Source: Candidatus Latescibacterota bacterium
GTDB taxonomy: Bacteria > Latescibacterota > UBA2968 > GCA-2709665
Length of the DNA: 64,000 nt
Reading direction: 5' to 3'
Assembly (NCBI GenBank): GCA_965248435.1
Contig: OZ252100.1
Location: forward strand, 5,369,044 to 5,433,043
The first letter of the stretch is position 1. Each line of letters starts with the position of its first letter. Below are positions 18,136 to 28,623 of this stretch, piece by piece. Both the position numbers and the translations under genes were made by a program. The notes beneath the pieces are model-generated. The model made no database searches, was not told the DNA's origin, and saw only the letters and a program-made list of their open reading frames with translations.

Positions 18136-21100
18136 ATGATGCGAAGAATTGGAAGCGCTGTTCTGTGGATCATCGCGCTTTTCATGCTTTCATCGGTGAC
18201 CGTTTTCAATCCTGGACAGGTCACCGATTGGTTTATCAAGCTGTTCGGCATTCAGCCGAGCAAGCCAGAACTGAGGCCAGTGATCGTCTCGGAGAGAGAT
18301 CGGGAGATCAAAGAGATCGCCGAATCGATCACTGCATCACACCTGCGCGAGACCGTCGGAGCCCTATCCAGTCTTGGGTCAAGGGTCCCTGGGTATCCCG
18401 GACATCGACAGGCCTTTGAGCACATAAAACGTGAGTTTGAGCAAATCGGGCTTCAGGGGATTACTGTAGAGAACGCCGAGGTAACCGTGCCCGTGGATAA
18501 AGGTGCCTCCCTTGTCTTGGCCCTGACCGGCGAAGAGATCCGTCTTTTCGGTCTCTGGCCGAATCATGTCCGGACCCCTTCGCTGCCCGAAGAAGGCGCA
18601 AGCGGGACGCTGATCTATGGCGGACGGGGCAGCTTTAAAGAATTGAACGGAAAACCCGTGAAGGGCGGCATTGTCCTCATGGAGTTCGATTCCGATCAGA
18701 GCTACCTGAACCCACGGATGCTTGGGGCGGCGGCTGTTGTCTTTTACGACAATGGGCGAGTAACCCAGGGGCAGGCGACGCAGAAATTTTTGCAGGTCCC
18801 GGTGGACGTCCCGCGATTCTGGGTAGAAGGGAAAGATGCAGACCGTTTACTGGCTCTGGCTAAAACGAGCGAGCACCAGGTCATCATCAGGTCCAGGATG
18901 GACTGGGAAAGGGTGCCGGCCCCGAACATTTATGGAATCATACCTGGCACGGATGAATACATTTCCGACCGTCGGGAGCGGAAGTGGAAGGACGAGATGA
19001 TTCTCGTCAGCGCCTTCTACGACGCGATCTCCGTCGTGCCGGGGGTCGCGCCTGGCGCCGAAAGCGCTGCCAATGTCGCTGCCCTGTTGGAGACGGCAAA
19101 GGCCTTGAAGAGGAATCCACCGAAATATTCCGTGATGTTCTTGGCCAATGGCTCACACTTCCAGGGTCTTGCGGGCATCAACGACTTTCTCTACAAACAC
19201 TCGCGAGAGAGCGAGCACTTTCGCGAGCTCATTCCTGAACACGAGAAGATCGATTTTCGGCTCTTTATCGGATTCGACCTGTCGAGCGAGATCGACAAGG
19301 TCGCGACATTTTCGCACGCGACCTTCTACAATCCGACCTGGAGGACGAACAACTATGAGAACAACCTCCTGGCCCCTTACGCCAAGAAGTTCGATCAGTA
19401 TGATGCCAGGATTTTTCCAGGGGAAGCGCGCCACATCGATGCGGTCACACCCCCCAAGCGGACCTGGAAGAACTTCATGCCGATTCGTCTGGCTTTCGAC
19501 AGCGAAGCGGTGAAGTTCGTCGGGAAGGAGGGCATCACCTTAGCAACTCCGTCCACGATCCGGGAGCGCGTGGATACCCCTGTAGACAGGGTTGAATTCG
19601 TCAATTTTTCGAACCTGACGCGCCAAGTGCAGGCCTCGGTTGGTCTGCTGCTCAAGGCCGTCGAGGATCCAGAATTTTTCAGAGTATCAAAGTTGAAACT
19701 TGAAGACCTTGGTCACAGCCTAGAGGGCCGAATCCTGTGGTTCGAGCGCGACGTAGATTTCGCCATTCCCAGAGTGCCGGTGCCGGGTGCGATCGTGACC
19801 TACGAACAAATCGGACCCGTGGCGAGCTGCGGAGGCGTGAGAACACTTGTCGTAGAGAAGACTGCGGAAGGGCCGATTTACCAGGGTGATCCTTCGAAGG
19901 GGCCGTCCTACGGGTCGAAGGATGAGGTCGAGGGGACGGGCCGTTTCAGATTTGATATCATGCGCAATCGATTCGACAACAAGATCCTGGCTTATCAGAT
20001 GGACGAAGATGGCCGGATTGTTTCAGCGCCCGACATGGGAACGGAAGGCGACAAAAAGTTCCCCATTCTCCAACGGTACGGCTGGTGGGAAAACGAAATG
20101 ATGGAGGTACTGTTCAAGTGTCGCGCCATCAGTGTGTTCGAGATCATCGATTCGAGCTATCTCTCGGCTCTGGACTATATGACCGTGTTAAACGAAGGGG
20201 ACACCAGACCTATCGAGTATGGTTACCACTACATTGAAAACCAGAGCATGAAAGAGGGAAATGTAACACGCGCGGCCGTGGCGTTTGCCGGTGTGGACTT
20301 CATGACCGGCGAGATAGAGCCTTTGAAGATTCTGATGAGCACGGGTCTATTCGGCGTAAAGTATCTGCTGATCAATGCGCCCCAGGAGTTCCTGGATTCT
20401 CCGGTATCCAAGTGGGATGTGAACCCGGAGATGTTGGAAACGTCTCGAGGCGTCGGATATCCACCGGGCGTCATATTCAACCCTTCCTACCACGCGGCGA
20501 AGGACATGTGGGTCATCGACGATATCCGCATGAAACAGTTAGCTCAGTACGGAATAGAGAACGCCCGGCTTTCTCTTCTGCACGACGCGGCACGTGAGGC
20601 CCTCCTGGAAGCAAATGACCACCTGGAAGCTCAGGAGTACGAGGCATTCATGGCCGCTTCTCGACGGGCATGGGGGCTCGAAGCGAGGGGATATCCGGAA
20701 GTGATGTCCACGGCGAACGACACGGTTCGGGGAATCATCTTTTACTTTATGCTGTTGCTCCCGTTCTCATACTTCTGTGAACGCCTCGTCTTCGGCTTTT
20801 CGGACATCACGCGGCGATTGTTGGGATTCTCGGGTATCTTCCTTGCTTTCTTTATCGTCCTCCGGATGGTGCATCCTGCATTCCAATTGAGCAGCTCACC
20901 CTATATCATCTTTCTTGCGTTTGTGATCATGGCCCTTGGCGGGGTGGCCATGATCATCGTGGTCTCCAAGTTCGGAGAAGAGGTCCGGAAGATGAAGCAG
21001 GCCGCGGCCGGCACCTACGAGGCCGATGTGGGTCGGCTGAGCGCGACAAGTGCAGCGATTGTTCTGGGCATCTCCAATCTTAGAAAGCGCCCGCTAAGGA

Positions 21101-22887
21101 CGGGTCTCACCGCCGCCACACTGACCCTTCTCACATTTACCGCGCTTTCCTTCACATCCGTTCAGACGTCGATCAAGTTTTACCGTTTGCCCAGAGATAA
21201 CAAGCCTGATTACCAGGGGGGACTGGTTCGAGACCGGGCGTGGAAGGGCCTGCAGGAGTCAACGCTGCATTACCTTGAGAGTGCGTTTGGAGAACGTGCG
21301 TTGATCCAGCCACGCGCCTGGTACCTATCCCAGGTCAAAGGGGAAAGGGCCTACCTGGGCTTCGAGCGTATCACTGAGAAATCAGCGGATATGGGGTCGC
21401 GCGACACCTATATCGATTTCGATGTGGGCATCACTACAGGTAAAGACAGCTTCGTTAATGGGCTTTTAGGGCTCACCGATCGGGAGCCCGAAATCACCGG
21501 TGTTGACCGATTCCTGCTGAGTGGGCGGTGGTTCCTCCCGGGCGAGCGGTATGTCTGTATACTGCCAAACGACCTGGCAGAGCTGGTCGGGATCTTTCCT
21601 GAAGACGCCGGGAAGGCGGAGGTCGAGTTGCTGGGGAACGTGTTCACGGTGATCGGGATCGTTGATTCGGAGGCTTTCAACAAATACAAAGACCTGGATG
21701 ACGAACGCCTGACACCCGTGGACATGGTCGCAGAGAGAGACGACCTGGACGATGCGCAGGACCAGGATCCCCGGATCGTGGCATCGGCGCCCATCGAATC
21801 TTTCAATCATTTGGAGTCCACGAATGTCATGATTTTGCCGTATCAGTACGTTCGGGACATGGGCGGTCCACTGAGTTCGATCGCGATCGCCCATTTCGTG
21901 GACGAGCGTGGGCAGTCGAAGGACAATTTCATCCCCGATATCGAGGAGTTCATGACCCGCGTCTCGCTCACGATGTTTGTCGGGCACGCTGAAGGGGTCA
22001 CGGTCTATAGTTCCATCGGGAGCACCTCGCTGGGAGGATTAGCGGGACTGTTTGTTCCGATCCTCATCGCCGCTCTTATCGTGCTGAACACCATGATGGG
22101 GGCCGTCTACGAGCGGTTCCGGGAGATCGGGATCTACTCTGCAGTGGGCCTGGCGCCCAACCACATCGCGGCGCTCTTCCTGGCAGAAGCTGCCGTTTTC
22201 GCGACGATTGGTGCCGTGTTCGGCTATCTCATCGGTCAAGTCATGGTGATGCTGCTTTACGAACGGGGTGCACTCGGAGGATTGGAGCTGAACTACTCGT
22301 CGCTTTCCGCGATTTCAGCCACCCTGATCGTGATGGCCACCGTGTTTCTCTCTACGCTCTATCCGGCGAAGAAGGCTGCCGATATGGCCGTCCCGGACGT
22401 AACGCGAAAATGGGAGTTCCCGGAGCCGGATGGTGACAGGTGGGTCTTCGACTTTCCGTTTACGGTCGGTGGCGGAGAGATCCTGGGTATGTACACCTAT
22501 CTCACGAGGGTATTCGAGTCCTACGGCGAGGGTTCTGTCGGGGATTTCGTGGCTGACAAGGTCCGGTTTACATCCAGAGACCTGCACGGAGAACCACAGT
22601 ATGAGATTCACCTTACAGCCTGGCTTGCCCCCTACGACCTGGGGATCAGCCAGCAGGTCGAACTCCAAGCGATTCCGACGGGCGAATACAACATCTACAA
22701 AATCGAGGTTGTTATTCATCGTCTGAGCGGGGATGTGGCTTCCTGGAAGCGGATCAATCGGGGATTCTTGAACGTGCTTCGCAAAAGATTCCTCGTTTGG
22801 CGAACCATTCCACTTGATGTCAAGCATCAGTATGCCCAGGAAGGGGATCAGGTACTCCGGGGTGAAGCCCAAGAAACAAGCACCTGA
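18136..22887 (+). CDS. giant membrane protein: M28-like/PA ectodomain + extra TMs + MacB/FtsX-type permease module + C-terminal tail
   Basis: M28/PA: HLRETVGALSSLGSRVPGYPGH, GKPVKGGIVLMEF..AAAVVFYDN, ILVSAFYDA..GAESAANVAALLE. FtsX: LRKRPLRTGLTAATLTLLTF ... YERFREIGIYSAVGLAPNHIAALFLAEAAVFATIGAVFGYLIG. Confidence 0.75.
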   Translation: MMRRIGSAVLWIIALFMLSSVTVFNPGQVTDWFIKLFGIQPSKPELRPVIVSERDREIKEIAESITASHLRETVGALSSLGSRVPGYPGHRQAFEHIKREFEQIGLQGITVENAEVTVPVDKGASLVLALTGEEIRLFGLWPNHVRTPSLPEEGASGTLIYGGRGSFKELNGKPVKGGIVLMEFDSDQSYLNPRMLGAAAVVFYDNGRVTQGQATQKFLQVPVDVPRFWVEGKDADRLLALAKTSEHQVIIRSRMDWERVPAPNIYGIIPGTDEYISDRRERKWKDEMILVSAFYDAISVVPGVAPGAESAANVAALLETAKALKRNPPKYSVMFLANGSHFQGLAGINDFLYKHSRESEHFRELIPEHEKIDFRLFIGFDLSSEIDKVATFSHATFYNPTWRTNNYENNLLAPYAKKFDQYDARIFPGEARHIDAVTPPKRTWKNFMPIRLAFDSEAVKFVGKEGITLATPSTIRERVDTPVDRVEFVNFSNLTRQVQASVGLLLKAVEDPEFFRVSKLKLEDLGHSLEGRILWFERDVDFAIPRVPVPGAIVTYEQIGPVASCGGVRTLVVEKTAEGPIYQGDPSKGPSYGSKDEVEGTGRFRFDIMRNRFDNKILAYQMDEDGRIVSAPDMGTEGDKKFPILQRYGWWENEMMEVLFKCRAISVFEIIDSSYLSALDYMTVLNEGDTRPIEYGYHYIENQSMKEGNVTRAAVAFAGVDFMTGEIEPLKILMSTGLFGVKYLLINAPQEFLDSPVSKWDVNPEMLETSRGVGYPPGVIFNPSYHAAKDMWVIDDIRMKQLAQYGIENARLSLLHDAAREALLEANDHLEAQEYEAFMAASRRAWGLEARGYPEVMSTANDTVRGIIFYFMLLLPFSYFCERLVFGFSDITRRLLGFSGIFLAFFIVLRMVHPAFQLSSSPYIIFLAFVIMALGGVAMIIVVSKFGEEVRKMKQAAAGTYEADVGRLSATSAAIVLGISNLRKRPLRTGLTAATLTLLTFTALSFTSVQTSIKFYRLPRDNKPDYQGGLVRDRAWKGLQESTLHYLESAFGERALIQPRAWYLSQVKGERAYLGFERITEKSADMGSRDTYIDFDVGITTGKDSFVNGLLGLTDREPEITGVDRFLLSGRWFLPGERYVCILPNDLAELVGIFPEDAGKAEVELLGNVFTVIGIVDSEAFNKYKDLDDERLTPVDMVAERDDLDDAQDQDPRIVASAPIESFNHLESTNVMILPYQYVRDMGGPLSSIAIAHFVDERGQSKDNFIPDIEEFMTRVSLTMFVGHAEGVTVYSSIGSTSLGGLAGLFVPILIAALIVLNTMMGAVYERFREIGIYSAVGLAPNHIAALFLAEAAVFATIGAVFGYLIGQVMVMLLYERGALGGLELNYSSLSAISATLIVMATVFLSTLYPAKKAADMAVPDVTRKWEFPEPDGDRWVFDFPFTVGGGEILGMYTYLTRVFESYGEGSVGDFVADKVRFTSRDLHGEPQYEIHLTAWLAPYDLGISQQVELQAIPTGEYNIYKIEVVIHRLSGDVASWKRINRGFLNVLRKRFLVWRTIPLDVKHQYAQEGDQVLRGEAQETST

Positions 22888-22916
22888 GTTTTAGCTACTA
22901 ACGTTAAGGGGAAAAG

Positions 22917-24956
22917 TTGGCGACAGAACCGAGGTCAGGGCGTGAGGATGTAAGTCAGTACGAATCGATCATGCCGGATGAGGCGCCCTTCGAAGAGGGG
23001 TTCAACCTGAAGACCGTCTGGGCTATGCTGTTCGTCGGGTTGATCATGCTTCCCGGGGCGATCTATCTGGGTCTCGTCACGGGCCAGAGCATGGCCGGCG
23101 CTTCGGAATGGGTGACGATCATCCTCTTCCTGGAGATCGCGAAGCGATCGTTCGTGAGGCTCAAGACCCAGGAGCTGATCATAATCTACTGGGTGGCCGC
23201 CGGTCTGGTTGGAATCGGCGTCAGATTAGGGATCTCCGGGCACCTCTACGGAGGCCCTTTTGGCAACCTGGTCTGGGACCAGTACCTAATTCAAGCTCCG
23301 GCCGCCAAGGGGTTGGCAGAGTACATTCCCGACTGGGTCGTACCTCCGCTGGAATCGTCGGTCTACGCAGACCGCACGTTCCTGCACACTGTCTGGATCA
23401 AGCCGGTCCTCGTTCTTTTTCTCGTGATGCTCGTCACCAACACCGCTCAGCTTTCGTTCGCCTACGTGATGTTCCGCGTGACCAACGACGTGGAGCGGCT
23501 GCCCTTTCCGATGGAGGCCGTGCACGCCCGCGGCGCCACAGCCCTGGCAGAAACTTCCGCAAAGCAGGAGGGGTGGCGATGGCGCGTGTTCAGCACAGGG
23601 ACGTGTATCGGTCTGATCTGGGGGCTTATCTATGTCGTCGTCCCGACACTGTCGAGCATCTTTCTGACAGATACGGTCCAGATTCTGCCCATTCCTTTCA
23701 TTGACTTCACTGCAGAGATAAAGACGATCCTGCCCGCGGCCATTTTCGGGATCGGGACCGACCTGGGCCACCTGTTCATCGGGATGGTGCTTCCGTTCTA
23801 TGTCGTCGTAGGACAGTTCTTCGGCTCCGTTCTGGCAAATCTTGTGATTAATCCCATGCTCTACGATTACGGCATCTTGCAGCGCTGGTCTCCCGGAATG
23901 ACCTCGGTCCCGGCCCGGATCTCCAACACCTTCGACTTCTGGCTGAGCTTCTCGATCGGGACCTCCCTGGTGGTCGCGTTCACCGGGTTCTACATGGTGG
24001 GCAAGATGCTCCTGGAACAACGACGGACCCGGGGTGCAGGCCCTCGGGCGAAAGGCGTTCCCCAGAGCGATGTTCCGAAAGGGAGAGGGGATGTGAAGTT
24101 GATTTATCCGATCGTGCTATGGGTCATGGCAACGTTTGGGTTCGTCGCAATGTGTCAGATCCTGGTGCCGGAATTCCACTGGGGATGGGTCGTCTTCTTC
24201 GGATTCATTTACTCTCCGATTTCATCTTACATTGGGGCCAGGATGATCGGGCTGACCGGCAGTCCCTATGGGTCCAGCGTCCCTTTTCTCAGGGAGGCCG
24301 CGATCTTCCTTTCCGGCTATCAGGGGGCCGCGGTCTGGTTCGCCCCGCTCCCGCTGCACGATTACGGAAAGATGGTGCGCCCCTTCAAGCAGATGGAGCT
24401 GACCAAGACCAAATTCGGGAGCTACATCAAGATGGTGGCCGCCACGATGGTTGTGATCTTCATTTGCAGCTTCGTTTTCTACGAATTCATCTGGAGGCTG
24501 GGTCCGATCCCCTCATCGACCTATCCCTATGCGGAAACGATCTGGCCCTTCGACGCAACCCTGCAGACGATGTGGATCAAGTCGACGCTTCCTGCTGGAG
24601 AGTTCGGGGGTGCAGCGGGCATGCAGCTGCTGCGCGAGATCATCAAGCCTGAATATATCGGCGCCGGCCTGATCGGCGGTGGCGCTACTTACATTCTCAT
24701 GACTGTCCTCAAACTCCCGACGCTGGCCTTCTTCGGGTTTGTAGGCGGATTGGCCGAGTGGCCGCATTTTGTCCTGTTGATGTTTGTAGGTGCACTGCTG
24801 GGCCGTTTTCACTTCGCGAAACGGTTTGGTGAGGCGAAGTGGAAGGCGTACGCACCGATCCTTCTGGCAGGCTATTCCTGCGGGATGGGGTTAATCGCCA
24901 TGACGTCGATCGCGATCGCCCTGATTTCGAAGGCCGTATCGCAAGTCATATTTTGA
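22917..24956 (+). CDS. OPT-family (oligopeptide transporter superfamily) membrane protein
   Basis: About 16 hydrophobic segments in 679 aa. AIYLGLVTGQS..LKTQELIIIYW and ERLPFPMEAVHARGATALAE resemble the OPT YLGLK.G / E / LPFP.G.A.AE motifs. TTG start, AAGGGG SD. Confidence 0.55.
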   Translation: MATEPRSGREDVSQYESIMPDEAPFEEGFNLKTVWAMLFVGLIMLPGAIYLGLVTGQSMAGASEWVTIILFLEIAKRSFVRLKTQELIIIYWVAAGLVGIGVRLGISGHLYGGPFGNLVWDQYLIQAPAAKGLAEYIPDWVVPPLESSVYADRTFLHTVWIKPVLVLFLVMLVTNTAQLSFAYVMFRVTNDVERLPFPMEAVHARGATALAETSAKQEGWRWRVFSTGTCIGLIWGLIYVVVPTLSSIFLTDTVQILPIPFIDFTAEIKTILPAAIFGIGTDLGHLFIGMVLPFYVVVGQFFGSVLANLVINPMLYDYGILQRWSPGMTSVPARISNTFDFWLSFSIGTSLVVAFTGFYMVGKMLLEQRRTRGAGPRAKGVPQSDVPKGRGDVKLIYPIVLWVMATFGFVAMCQILVPEFHWGWVVFFGFIYSPISSYIGARMIGLTGSPYGSSVPFLREAAIFLSGYQGAAVWFAPLPLHDYGKMVRPFKQMELTKTKFGSYIKMVAATMVVIFICSFVFYEFIWRLGPIPSSTYPYAETIWPFDATLQTMWIKSTLPAGEFGGAAGMQLLREIIKPEYIGAGLIGGGATYILMTVLKLPTLAFFGFVGGLAEWPHFVLLMFVGALLGRFHFAKRFGEAKWKAYAPILLAGYSCGMGLIAMTSIAIALISKAVSQVIF

Positions 24957-25062
24957 AATTCGAGAACATCGTAATCTGATCAATCCATCGCCCGGGTGAA
25001 TCGTTTGCCCGGGCAATTGCATATTGTGGCTTTTGCCCTTAAGGGGTTCGACAGGAGCTTGG

Positions 25063-26448
25063 ATGAACTTCGGCACGGCCCTGAGCAGGATAGAGCGCCC
25101 CTTTACGTTCGCAGTTGTTGGGGATACGCACTTCACAAAAGCAGAGTTTCGCACGAATGCGGGCGACCCGGCACATCACAGCTACGACCTGACCCCTGAA
25201 GGTTACATTGAGAATGTGAGTCTGGTGCTCGCGCCGATGAGGGAGACGCTCAAATCGCTGTCCCCTGAATTCATTGTGATGACGGGAGATCTCGTAGAGG
25301 GGGGGCTCGCGGGCGGGTTTGCCCGGGCAGAGATGTCGGCGTGCCTCAGATTCCTCGATGGCTTTGAAATCCCACTGCTTTTGGCAAGAGGTGACCACGA
25401 TGAATCGGATGTCTTCGGCGACGTCGTGCTTCCTTATTTGTCGAAGCGAATGGGTTGGGAGTTCGCGACTCCCTACTATTTCACGGATGTTGCGGGCTGC
25501 CGTCTTGTCGTCTTCGATACCGGCTCCTGGACGAGCGGATGCGGCCAGTTGGGATGGTTCCAGAAGTTGATGAGAGAGTGTAAGGAGGCCCAGATAGATC
25601 GTGTTTTCGTATTTGGTCACCATCCGATCTGGCCTGTCGCACGTGCCTTTTACACGAAGTATGACTTTCATCGCGAGATTTCTGATGTGTTGGAGAAACG
25701 CTCTGTGGACGCCTATTTCTGCGGTCATACACACAACCAGAGTCTCATCGTTCGGCGTAGCGGCAGCCGGATGACACCTCAAATGATGGCTGCGCCGATC
25801 GGTTTGCCCGAAGAGGTGCCGACGCCGCTGGATCGCGTCCAGGCGCTCCTCGAGGAGCGGGGAGACAAGCCGATCTACTGGCCAGGATACCTTGCCCATA
25901 CCGTGGCAGGTTGGTTTCTGGTTCACGTAAACACAGATTCCGTCCAGGTCGAATGGCATCACGTGAATCGGGGACCCGAGGCCTCGGTTGAATGGCGACG
26001 GGCAGGCGAGATCACCTCATTCTGGCACATGAGTCATCCCCCCGACGCACGAATGATTTCTGCCGACCTGACACGTATTCGTCGAGGGTTCCTTAGATTC
26101 TGTGCTTGGGACGCGACACAGTCTGGAAAGCGCGTTACTCTGAATGGCAGAGAAATCGGGGATTTACCTGAGTCCAACAACTTTACACCCACGAAAATGG
26201 AGCTCCCGTCCTGGGCGCTTGATGAGCTTCGCTTGGAGAATCGATTAGAGATTCATTCACCGGGTTACGAAGCGAGTACCGTAGGCAACCTCGTGCTGGA
26301 GGTCATACTCAGAGGAGGACGAGTGTTACGTACTGGACCTACAGGGGAACTCTTCACCTGGTCGAACAGGTGGGACGAATGGCGGAACCCCAAACTCCAG
26401 AAGCTACGATCAGGCCGTCCCATCATCACTTCGCTTTCATTCCGTTGA
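25063..26448 (+). CDS. calcineurin-like metallophosphoesterase with C-terminal extension
   Basis: AVVGDTHF, MTGDLVEGG, RGDHDE, VFGHHP and CGHTHNQ give the full set of MPE motifs. Confidence 0.8.
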   Translation: MNFGTALSRIERPFTFAVVGDTHFTKAEFRTNAGDPAHHSYDLTPEGYIENVSLVLAPMRETLKSLSPEFIVMTGDLVEGGLAGGFARAEMSACLRFLDGFEIPLLLARGDHDESDVFGDVVLPYLSKRMGWEFATPYYFTDVAGCRLVVFDTGSWTSGCGQLGWFQKLMRECKEAQIDRVFVFGHHPIWPVARAFYTKYDFHREISDVLEKRSVDAYFCGHTHNQSLIVRRSGSRMTPQMMAAPIGLPEEVPTPLDRVQALLEERGDKPIYWPGYLAHTVAGWFLVHVNTDSVQVEWHHVNRGPEASVEWRRAGEITSFWHMSHPPDARMISADLTRIRRGFLRFCAWDATQSGKRVTLNGREIGDLPESNNFTPTKMELPSWALDELRLENRLEIHSPGYEASTVGNLVLEVILRGGRVLRTGPTGELFTWSNRWDEWRNPKLQKLRSGRPIITSLSFR

Positions 26449-26478
26449 GCTTTCTACAATAGGGAGTTACTCCGACGC

Positions 26479-28551
26479 ATGGCCGACCATCGATTCACGA
26501 ACCGCTTGGTCCACGAGACAAGCCCATACCTTCTACAGCACGCGCACAACCCGGTGGACTGGTTTCCTTGGGGTGAAGAAGCCCTCGCGAAGGCACGTGA
26601 GGAAGACAAACCGATTTTTCTGAGCATCGGATACTCGGCCTGCCACTGGTGTCACGTGATGGAACACGAATCTTTCGAGGATGAAGAGATCGCGCGCGTG
26701 CTGAACGAACATTTTGTTAGCATCAAACTTGATCGCGAAGAACGCCCAGACCTGGATGAGATCTACATGAACGCCGTGCAGATGATGACGGGATCAGGGG
26801 GCTGGCCGATGAGCATGTTTCTTCGTCCTGACTGCCTTCCGTTTTACGGAGGCACCTACTTTCCTCCGGAGAGCCGATACGGCCGTCCTGGGTTTCGCGA
26901 AATCATTGAGGCCGTCGCGCGGCAGTACAAAGAAAACCCAGAGAAGATCGAAGAGGCTTCCTCGAACCTGGTTGCGGGGCTGAAGCGGCTCACCCACTTG
27001 AAGTCGGCAGAAGGGGATTTGAACCCCGATATGCTGGAGGAGGCCTTCTCGAAGATCGCTGGAAATTTCGATCCGAAAAATGGGGGGTTTGGCACACAGC
27101 CCAAGTTCCCGAATACGATGAACCTGTCAGTGTTTTTGAGGGAATACGCAAGAACAGGGAACAAACGTGCAATTGAAATGGTCAGGCTGACGCTTGAAAA
27201 GATGTTCCAGGGTGGGATCTACGATCAACTTGGAGGTGGGTTTCATCGTTATTCCGTGGACGATCACTGGCTGGTGCCCCATTTCGAAAAGATGCTTTAT
27301 GACAACGCACTCCTTGCGAGGCTGTTTCTGGAAGCCTATCAGGCAACCGGAGAGGCCGATATGGCGCGCGTCGTGCGGGAGACACTCGCGTATGTGATGC
27401 GTGAGATGACACATCCTGAAGGGGGATTCTATTCTACACAGGATGCCGACAGCGAAGGTGAAGAAGGCAGGTTCTTCGTTTGGGATCGGGAGGAGGTGAT
27501 CCGACTTCTGGGTGAGGAGGATGGAACGCTTTTCTGTCGGGTTTTCGACGTTCAGGAGGGAGGGAACTTTGAGCAAGGGAAGAGCATTCTTAACATTCCT
27601 GTGGACTTGGAGACCCTGGCCCGGTTTCTCAACGAGGACGTTGGTAGATTAGAGGAGGTTGCGAATCGCGGAAGGAGAGTCTTGTTCGACGCACGAAAGA
27701 AGCGCTTCGCACCGTTCAGAGACGAAAAAGTTCAGACCAACTGGAACGGGCTGATGATATCTGCCTTTGCACTGGCGCATCAGGTCTTTCACGAGCAGCC
27801 GTATTTGGATGCAGCCGAAAAGGCAGCGAACTTCATCCTGGACCGGATGCGAGACGAGGATGGGACCCTGCTCCACACATTCAAGGACGGGCAGGCAAAG
27901 CTGAGGGCGTACCAGGACGACTACGCCAGTTTTATATGCGCACTTATCGATCTTTATGAGACGACGTTTGAAGCACGATGGCTGGAGGTCGCCCTCGAGC
28001 TGACGGAGAACATGCTCGATTCATATTGGGACGATGCTGAAGGGGGGTTTTTCTTCGTTGGAGAGGATCACGAGGCCCTGATCGTGCGGTCCAAAAATCC
28101 TTATGACAACGCACTCCCGTCTGGAAACGCATTGGGGGTCATGGCCCTTCTCCGACTAGGTAGCCTTTTGGGCCGCGAGGATTTCTGGGATAGGGCGGAG
28201 CGGAATCTGAAGCTTTTCGAGCGCAATCTCCAGGAAGTACCATCCGGGTTCGGACATATGCTGTGCGCGCTCTACTACTTCCTGGAGCGTCCCGTAGAGA
28301 TCGCCGTGATCGGGGCGCCGGAACGGAAAGAAACGAAGGCGCTTCTTGAAATTGCATTCAAACGGTGGATCCCCAACCGGGTGATTGCCCTGCTCAACCC
28401 AGGGGATGGGATGCAGGACCTCATTCCATCGGTGCTCGACAAGGCCCAAGTCGATGGGCGACCCACGGTCTATGTCTGCAAAGATTTTGCCTGTTCCGCG
28501 CCCGTCACCCAGCCTGACGATCTGGATGGTCTGCTCGGGGGCAGTCCCTGA
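26479..28551 (+). CDS. thioredoxin-domain protein, YyaL/DUF255 (SSP411-like) family
   Basis: [52 protein letters not shown] is the family hallmark, followed by a six-hairpin glycosidase-like C-terminal part. Confidence 0.9.
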   Translation: MADHRFTNRLVHETSPYLLQHAHNPVDWFPWGEEALAKAREEDKPIFLSIGYSACHWCHVMEHESFEDEEIARVLNEHFVSIKLDREERPDLDEIYMNAVQMMTGSGGWPMSMFLRPDCLPFYGGTYFPPESRYGRPGFREIIEAVARQYKENPEKIEEASSNLVAGLKRLTHLKSAEGDLNPDMLEEAFSKIAGNFDPKNGGFGTQPKFPNTMNLSVFLREYARTGNKRAIEMVRLTLEKMFQGGIYDQLGGGFHRYSVDDHWLVPHFEKMLYDNALLARLFLEAYQATGEADMARVVRETLAYVMREMTHPEGGFYSTQDADSEGEEGRFFVWDREEVIRLLGEEDGTLFCRVFDVQEGGNFEQGKSILNIPVDLETLARFLNEDVGRLEEVANRGRRVLFDARKKRFAPFRDEKVQTNWNGLMISAFALAHQVFHEQPYLDAAEKAANFILDRMRDEDGTLLHTFKDGQAKLRAYQDDYASFICALIDLYETTFEARWLEVALELTENMLDSYWDDAEGGFFFVGEDHEALIVRSKNPYDNALPSGNALGVMALLRLGSLLGREDFWDRAERNLKLFERNLQEVPSGFGHMLCALYYFLERPVEIAVIGAPERKETKALLEIAFKRWIPNRVIALLNPGDGMQDLIPSVLDKAQVDGRPTVYVCKDFACSAPVTQPDDLDGLLGGSP

Positions 28552-28623
28552 GCGCACGCGCCCCAAAACAGGTCAATGGAAGGGAGGCTCTGCTGAGAAA
28601 AAGGCAGGGCCTTTTGAATTTGA

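Noticed and set aside
18136-22887. The giant ORF as a repeat-rich adhesin or polymorphic toxin.
   Set aside because: No tandem repeats, RHS/YD, haemagglutinin or toxin-tip motifs are visible. The domain order (peptidase-like ectodomain, multiple TMs, FtsX module) indicates an integral inner-membrane protein.
24990-25014. GCCCGGG...CCCGGGC hairpin after the OPT gene as a terminator.
   Set aside because: The stem is only 7 bp, built from a self-palindromic CCCGGG motif, and is followed by AATTGCATATT rather than a T-run. That is too weak to call. It leaves open whether the metallophosphoesterase is co-transcribed.
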